From: Luminiphilus sp.
GTDB lineage: Bacteria > Pseudomonadota > Gammaproteobacteria > Pseudomonadales > Halieaceae
Reading direction: 5' to 3'
DNA length: 51,005 nucleotides
Assembly: GCA_038112515.1 (NCBI GenBank)
Contig: JAYNNB010000003.1
Span: 1-51,005, forward strand
The position numbers were made by a program, and so were the translations under genes. This document shows positions 45,543 through 51,005 of this stretch, one piece after another. Every line of letters begins with the position of its first letter. Within the stretch, counting starts at the first letter, position 1. A model generated the notes under the pieces. It had not been told where the DNA came from, ran no database searches, and was given only the letters and a program-made list of their open reading frames with translations.

Positions 45543-47542
45543 TGGAAAAGGCATTCACCGGATTAATCTCATGGATCGACGCGCGACTGCCGCTTACCCG
45601 CGCTTGGAATACGCACATGGGCGAGTACTACGCGCCCAAAAACTTCAACCTTTGGTATTTCTTCGGGGTGTTCTCGCTATTGGTTCTGGTCAACCAACTG
45701 TTGACCGGTATCTGGTTAACCATGAACTACACGCCATCGGCCGAGGAGGCTTTTGCCTCCGTTGAATACATTATGCGAGACGTGGATTACGGTTGGTTAT
45801 TGCGGTACATGCATTCCACTGGCGCCTCCGCCTTTTTTATCGTCGTGTATCTCCACATGATGCGCGCGTTGATGTACGGCTCCTATAAAAAGCCTCGCGA
45901 ACTAATCTGGATTTTCGGCATGCTCATTTTCATCGTTTTGATGGCTGAGGCGTTTGTCGGCTACGTGTTGCCTTGGGGTCAGATGTCCTACTGGGGAGCA
46001 CAGGTGATTATCTCGCTGTTCGGAGCGATTCCCGTGGTAGGAGAGGATATCGTCACGTGGATTCGCGGCGATTATTTGATATCTGGTATCACCCTTAATC
46101 GCTTTTTTGCCTTGCATGTGGTGGCGCTACCCATTGTGCTCTTGGCACTAGTGGTGTTGCACATATTGGCGCTTCATGAAGTCGGGTCTAATAACCCCGA
46201 TGGTGTCGAGATCAAGAAGAACAAGGATGAGAGAGGCGTGCCTCTCGACGGTATTCAGTTTCATCCCTACTACTCGGTGCACGATGTGCAGGGTATCGCG
46301 GTATTTTTGTTCTTCTTCTGTGGCGTCATATTTTTTGCGCCAGAGATGTCCGGGTTCTTTCTCGAATATGCCAATTTTGAGGAGGCTAATGGGCTTAAGA
46401 CGCCGGAGCACATTGCTCCCGTTTGGTATTTCACCCCGTTCTACTCCGTTCTGCGTGCGGTCCCCGATAAGTTTTGGGGCTTCGTGTTTTTCGCTATTTC
46501 GGTGGTGATTCCCTTTGCGCTGCCGTGGCTTGACAGAAACCCTGTCCGCTCATGGCGCTACCGCGGAATGCTTAATCGCGTCATGCTGCTGGTGTTCGTC
46601 GCGTCCTTCATTATCTTGGGCGTCCTCGGAGTCAAGTCGCCGACCCCGGAGCGGACCTTGCTGGCGCAGATTTGTACTATTTTCTACTTCTTCTTCTTCC
46701 TTGCCATGCCTTGGTGGTCTCGTATGGACCGCACCAAGCCGGAGCCTGATCGCGTGACCATGGATGGGGGTATGGGTCTCTGGAAAGGTCTCGGCACGGT
46801 GGCATTGGTTGGGGCGATGGCATTCCTTCCGCTCAAGGTGGTTGGCGCCGAGTCAGCATACAACTGCGGGACTATGCCATGCGACGCCTTCGAAGCGGAT
46901 GTTTCGGATCAACCTTCGTTGCAGCGTGGGGCCGCGTTATACGCAAATTACTGTATGGGCTGCCACTCACTCCAGTATTCACGCCACAATCGTGTCGCGC
47001 GGGATTTGGGCATCCCGGAAGACCTCTATAAGGGGAATCTGGTGTTTGATCCGGAAATCAAGTTGGGCTCGCTGATGACCAACAGTATGGATAAGGGTCA
47101 GGCTAAAATATGGTTCGGCGCGACGCCCCCTGATCTTACGCTGATTTCTCGGGCCCGCCAGCCAGAGTGGCTCTACACCTATTTGCGCGCCTTTTATCGT
47201 GATGATCAGCGCCCCTACGGTGTTAACAATCGGGTTTACCCAAACGTTGGTATGCCTCATGTGCTCATGGAATTACAGGGACTGCCAGCCTGCTACGACG
47301 CCTCGGGCGAGATGGCGGCGAAGGCGGCTGAGTGCCAAACCGTCGAATTGGCTACCGCCGGCGCAATGTCTCCAGAGCAGTATGATGGCGCCATATACGA
47401 TCTTGTGAACTTTTTAGCCTACACCGCGGAGCCATACAAAGCGGATCGGTTGCGGATAGGTACGTATGTTCTCCTGTTTCTCGTGGTCTTCTTCATTTTT
47501 GCCTGGCTTCTCAACCGGGAATACTGGAAGGATGTGCACTAG
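45542..47542 (+). CDS. petBC: Fused cytochrome b / cytochrome c1 (bc1 complex polyprotein)
   Basis: Cyt b motifs (RYMHSTGAS, WGQMSYWG, RFFALH, PVWYF) run without a stop into cyt c1 (SLQRG, CMGCH, PPDL, GMPH, C-terminal TM ending EYWKDVH). Confidence 0.95.
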   Translation: MEKAFTGLISWIDARLPLTRAWNTHMGEYYAPKNFNLWYFFGVFSLLVLVNQLLTGIWLTMNYTPSAEEAFASVEYIMRDVDYGWLLRYMHSTGASAFFIVVYLHMMRALMYGSYKKPRELIWIFGMLIFIVLMAEAFVGYVLPWGQMSYWGAQVIISLFGAIPVVGEDIVTWIRGDYLISGITLNRFFALHVVALPIVLLALVVLHILALHEVGSNNPDGVEIKKNKDERGVPLDGIQFHPYYSVHDVQGIAVFLFFFCGVIFFAPEMSGFFLEYANFEEANGLKTPEHIAPVWYFTPFYSVLRAVPDKFWGFVFFAISVVIPFALPWLDRNPVRSWRYRGMLNRVMLLVFVASFIILGVLGVKSPTPERTLLAQICTIFYFFFFLAMPWWSRMDRTKPEPDRVTMDGGMGLWKGLGTVALVGAMAFLPLKVVGAESAYNCGTMPCDAFEADVSDQPSLQRGAALYANYCMGCHSLQYSRHNRVARDLGIPEDLYKGNLVFDPEIKLGSLMTNSMDKGQAKIWFGATPPDLTLISRARQPEWLYTYLRAFYRDDQRPYGVNNRVYPNVGMPHVLMELQGLPACYDASGEMAAKAAECQTVELATAGAMSPEQYDGAIYDLVNFLAYTAEPYKADRLRIGTYVLLFLVVFFIFAWLLNREYWKDVH

Positions 47543-47621
47543 GCGGAGTTAATGCAAAGGGGGCGTTCAGTGCTCCCGTTTGAGTGGTAGACTATGCCAC
47601 CCAATAGCCAGTAGAAAATCT

Positions 47622-48269
47622 ATGTCTGATGATGCTTCCGGGATCGTTTCAAAGCGCTCCTCCATGACCTTGTTCTCTGACAACACCAGTCACTACAGTC
47701 ACCGAGTGCGTTTGGTGTTGGCCGAGAAAGGAGTAACGGTTGAGTTGGTGGAGTCTGAGACGGGCGCCACGCCACCTGAGCTCGGTGATCTTAACCCCTA
47801 CAACAGCATGCCTACGTTGGTGGACCGAGAGTTGGTGCTCTATGAGTCCAAGGTAATGATGGAGTATCTAGACGAGCGTTTCCCTCATCCACCTCTGTTG
47901 CCCGTGTATCCCGTTGCCCGAGCGGAGAGCCGGCTCTTCGTATACCGCATCGAGCGTGACTGGGCGTCTCTGGTAGATGCCATTCAGTCGTCGCGTAGTG
48001 ACAATGTGGTTAGCAAGTCCTGTAAAGAGTTACGAGAGAGTCTGGTTGCCGTTGCGCCCATTTTTGCCGAGAAACCTTTCTTCATGAGTGAAGAGTTTTC
48101 GCTGGTAGATTGCTGTGTGGCACCGATTCTGTGGCGCCTGCCTTCTTTGGGGGTGGATATCAGGCCCAGCAAGCAGTCCAAGCCTCTTTTTGACTACATG
48201 GATCGGTTGTTTAATCGAGAGGCGTTTCAGGACAGCTTGTCCGTCCAGGAGCGGGAGATGCGCCCCTAG
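47622..48269 (+). CDS. sspA: Stringent starvation protein A
   Basis: KRSSMTLFS, SHRVRLVLAEKGV, NPYNS.PTLVDR, YLDERFPHPPL.PVYPV. Confidence 0.95.
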   Translation: MSDDASGIVSKRSSMTLFSDNTSHYSHRVRLVLAEKGVTVELVESETGATPPELGDLNPYNSMPTLVDRELVLYESKVMMEYLDERFPHPPLLPVYPVARAESRLFVYRIERDWASLVDAIQSSRSDNVVSKSCKELRESLVAVAPIFAEKPFFMSEEFSLVDCCVAPILWRLPSLGVDIRPSKQSKPLFDYMDRLFNREAFQDSLSVQEREMRP

Positions 48270-48283
48270 GGACGCAGGTTTTT

Positions 48284-48655
48284 TTGAACTCCAGCCGGCC
48301 CTATATCATCCGTGCTATTTACGAGTGGATTGTCGATAACGGTTGCACACCTCACCTGCTGGTCGATGTTGGCGTAGATGGGGTCGATGTCCCTCAAGCT
48401 TATGTTTCGGATGGCCAGATAGTCCTAAATATTTCTCCCAGCGCGGTTGTTGGGCTGGAAATGACGAATGAGGCGGTGTTTTTCAACGGTCGATTTGGCG
48501 GCGTCGCCACGGATATTTTGGTGCCTATCAATGGCATTCTCGGGATCTATGCGCGTGAAAATGGTCAGGGAATGATTTTCGATGCGGCGGCACCTGACGA
48601 TCCGCCGCAGCCGCCCTCCGGTCGCGGTCGCCCTAGTTTGAAGGTGGTGAAGTAG
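48284..48655 (+). CDS. sspB: ClpXP adaptor SspB
   Basis: RPYIIRAIYEWIVDN..TPHL, GQIVLNI, IYARENGQGM.F, C-terminal PSLKVVK; TTG start. Confidence 0.96.
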   Translation: MNSSRPYIIRAIYEWIVDNGCTPHLLVDVGVDGVDVPQAYVSDGQIVLNISPSAVVGLEMTNEAVFFNGRFGGVATDILVPINGILGIYARENGQGMIFDAAAPDDPPQPPSGRGRPSLKVVK

Positions 48656-49235
48656 CCGGCCCAGCAATGATCTCGAAAAGTTTGACGACTCTCTCGGCGT
48701 CACCCACCTCTGCGGCCTCCAAAGCGACTCGGTCAGCCTCATCTGCACTTAATAGGCCCATTAGATAGACGACACTATTTTCTGTGACGACTTTGACTCG
48801 CGTGCCCGGCGTGTCTGAACTGGCAAGCAGTTTGGTTTTTACCTGTGTCGTGATCCATGTGTCGTTAGTGCGGGTCCCCGCGCTGGTCTCTGGCCCAATT
48901 TCCAGCTCATTATAAATTCTGCGCACGCCGTCAATTTTGCGGACAACATCGGTGGCCAATGCCTTGAGGTCTTCCGAGGGGACTTGGCCTGCGAGCAGAA
49001 CAAACCCGTTAAATGACACGATGCTGAGGTGCGCTTCCTCAAATCCGTCCGAGGCAGCATTGATATTGACCTTGGCTTTTGTCTCTATGCTTTCATCTTC
49101 CAATTGCTGTGCGAAGGTGCGCTCGCCCAGATCCTCTTCAATAGGGCCGGCACCAGCGCCAGCCATGATGCTGCCGCATCCCTGTAGAAACGCGAAAAGC
49201 ATTGCTGCTACAAAAAGGGCAAAGTATCGGTTCAT
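48633..49235 (-). CDS. dolP: Dual-BON-domain lipoprotein DolP/YraP
   Basis: Lipobox LQGC, VLLAGQV, YNEL, D.WIT..VK..L, VVTENSVVYLMGL. Confidence 0.9.
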   Translation of the reverse strand: MNRYFALFVAAMLFAFLQGCGSIMAGAGAGPIEEDLGERTFAQQLEDESIETKAKVNINAASDGFEEAHLSIVSFNGFVLLAGQVPSEDLKALATDVVRKIDGVRRIYNELEIGPETSAGTRTNDTWITTQVKTKLLASSDTPGTRVKVVTENSVVYLMGLLSADEADRVALEAAEVGDAERVVKLFEIIAGPATSPPSN

Positions 49236-49238
49236 GAA

Positions 49239-49790
49239 TCAGTCCTCCACTGGACCAAAGGTATTGGTTTCGATCAATCTCGCGAGAGCAATGGCAAATG
49301 CATGATTCAGCATCAGTCGACACTCTATAGAATCCTCCTCCGAATGAAGGCTGAGTCCAGGACCGCGCTGACCGAGCCATACGGGTATGATTTGCCGTTG
49401 CTCAATGGCGACATGCATCACCTGAATATCAGATTGCGAGAGATTGGCTGCGAAGATGAGGCCAACGTCACCCGCTTGCCCAAGCGCCTGGAGTTGCTGG
49501 CTCACCCAGTTGATCCCGGTTAGCGCGGATTCAATACGATACTCGGCCAGTTCAAGAACCGGCAGGCTGGGTCGTTCTCTCAGCACGCCGCTCTGTAGCA
49601 GGCTGGTCAATGCAATGGCGCTGGCGGCGTCAGCTCCAAGCCCAATGCTGAACAGCTTTTTTTCTGCAAGGATGGCTTGCGCGGCGATGTCAGCGGCTGC
49701 GCCCGCTATTTCTGCGATGTCGTCCACGGCGAGGCTGGCACTCTCGATATGGCGCTGAAAGAAGCTGGCTATGAGTGGGTAGGCGTCCAA
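49239..49790 (-). CDS. Degenerate SIS-domain GmhA/DiaA-like protein
   Basis: Retains RERPSLP, Q.QALGQAGDV and C-terminal LIE...FG; occupies the yraN-[diaA/gmhA]-yraP slot; start TTG 49790 or 49814. Confidence 0.75.
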   Translation of the reverse strand: MDAYPLIASFFQRHIESASLAVDDIAEIAGAAADIAAQAILAEKKLFSIGLGADAASAIALTSLLQSGVLRERPSLPVLELAEYRIESALTGINWVSQQLQALGQAGDVGLIFAANLSQSDIQVMHVAIEQRQIIPVWLGQRGPGLSLHSEEDSIECRLMLNHAFAIALARLIETNTFGPVED

Positions 49791-49807
49791 ATTCTGTGCC
49801 GTGCCGG

Positions 49808-50170
49808 TTACCAATCCTTTGATTCAAAGGCTGCCCGACGCCATTTCGGGTCGGGTAGCGGAACGTCTGCATCATAAGCAATTACGTCGAACCGACAAGG
49901 GTAATCGGACCAATTTGGGTTTTGTTTGCGAAATAAGCTTGCGCATTGGATGAGCCGCTTTTGCTTTTTGCCAGCGACGCTACTGGTAGCAGAAGCGAAT
50001 CTGGAGGGTCGCCGATAACGAACCTCAACAAATACAAGATGCGAGTCGTCATGCATAACGAGGTCGATTTCACCGAGCCGCGTAAGAAAGTTACGTGCTA
50101 TCAAAGTGAGACCCTGTTTTCGAAGAAACGCTTCCGCTCGCTGTTCCCAATAATTGCCTACCGGACGCAC
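49808..50170 (-). CDS. yraN: YraN family (UPF0102) putative nuclease
   Basis: G...E..A..FL...GL....RN, GEIDLVM, LVFVEVRYR, CRFDV. Confidence 0.94.
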   Translation of the reverse strand: MRPVGNYWEQRAEAFLRKQGLTLIARNFLTRLGEIDLVMHDDSHLVFVEVRYRRPSRFASATSSVAGKKQKRLIQCASLFRKQNPNWSDYPCRFDVIAYDADVPLPDPKWRRAAFESKDW

Positions 50171-50196
50171 GGTGTCTCCGCGGCTGGAGGAGGGGT

Positions 50197-51005
50197 TCAG
50201 GGTAACGTTTCGTAGCGGGGTTTGGCGCCATCAAAAATGGCCAATTCAGAAGCTCTTTCGATCAGTCCGTTCTGCCTTCTGCGCAATACGCCGGTCTCAC
50301 CGCGGATAATCCATCCGTCTGTGGCGACCGTCTGGTCCCAGTGCTCTGCCAGTGATAGTGCATCTTGACCGAGTGCCCGGAGTCGACTCAAGCGATCGCT
50401 GCTGTGAGGAGGTAGCATAGCGGGCACCTCAACGAATAAGACGCCATTGAGATCACTGTTCCGAGAATCGCTAACGCCGTCATTGATTGCCGAAGTGGCA
50501 TAAACCGGCGAGTCGCCTGTCATATGAAATACGAGCAGGGGTCGCCAGGCGCGCGCTGTCGTTGGGTCGGGAGCCAGCATAAATATGCATTCGAAATCGC
50601 TGCGCCCGCGACCTCTGGCATCCACAGGGAGATCAAAGGCGGTCTCGACGGCGCGAATTCGATCGTCGCTAGAGCCCGAACCCAGCAATTCGCCCATTGC
50701 TTTATTGGCCTGCGAGGGTTGTTCGACGACGAGTTTGCCGCGAATCTTTCCACCCAGCTGAGTCCAGCGGGGTTCAAAGGCCGTCAGTATCCTGTTCCCG
50801 CGATCCCCAGCGGCGGCGATGACAATAGCATTCCTGCAGCCTCGACCGAATGCGATATCGGCTATTTGCATCGCCTCGTCCTCTAGCGCCAGGCTATAGC
50901 TAATCCGGTTTCGCTGCCCCTGCCGGGTGTCTGTGTCGATCTGGTTGAGAAGAATCGTTGGCACGGGTAATGCGTCCAGTTCACTGAGACTTGCCACCTC
51001 TGATT
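50197..51005 (-). CDS. lpoA: Penicillin-binding protein activator LpoA (LppC family), C-terminal part; 5' end outside window
   Basis: VPTILLN, L..EDEA.Q.A, G.R...AF...W..LGG, PVYATS, DLNG..F...P, L.ALG.DA, G.TG.L; upstream of yraN. Confidence 0.85.
   Translation of the reverse strand, partial: SEVASLSELDALPVPTILLNQIDTDTRQGQRNRISYSLALEDEAMQIADIAFGRGCRNAIVIAAAGDRGNRILTAFEPRWTQLGGKIRGKLVVEQPSQANKAMGELLGSGSSDDRIRAVETAFDLPVDARGRGRSDFECIFMLAPDPTTARAWRPLLVFHMTGDSPVYATSAINDGVSDSRNSDLNGVLFVEVPAMLPPHSSDRLSRLRALGQDALSLAEHWDQTVATDGWIIRGETGVLRRRQNGLIERASELAIFDGAKPRYETLP

Overview
A compact, gene-dense core-genome window from a gammaproteobacterium with Pseudomonas/Cellvibrionales-like synteny. The OM60/NOR5 (Halieaceae) group is my guess, not demonstrated. 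It holds about 57 housekeeping CDS and one tRNA-Gln(UUG). The main blocks, in order, are: ychF-pth-rplY-prs-tRNA-ispE-lolB-TPR; hemA-prfA-prmC-moeB; MATE, rhlB, cysZ and smrA; gatCAB divergent from mreBCD-maf-yhdP; yjgA and mgtE; the yrbG-kdsD-kdsC-lptCAB-rpoN-hpf-ptsN-rapZ-npr cluster; a lone mlaC with bolA-murA-hisG-hisD; algW, nif3, zapG and zapE; rplM-rpsI; an SMR gene; petA with a fused petBC, then sspAB; and lpoA-yraN-(gmhA/diaA-like)-dolP. I see no mobile element, CRISPR array, defence island or clearly novel multi-gene system. The best leads are small-scale: a single-ORF cytochrome b/c1 polyprotein with an internal signal peptide; a probable ATC start codon for mreC; a structured mreB leader with terminator/antiterminator-like helices; a catalytically degenerate GmhA/DiaA homologue; an antisense sigma-54 site in front of rpoN; an L25 leader hairpin; a repeated 10-mer upstream of yrbG/mlaC; and local absence of rng, tldD/pmbA, mlaFEDB and hisC. 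All calls come from motif recognition and synteny by eye; no searches or folding were run.
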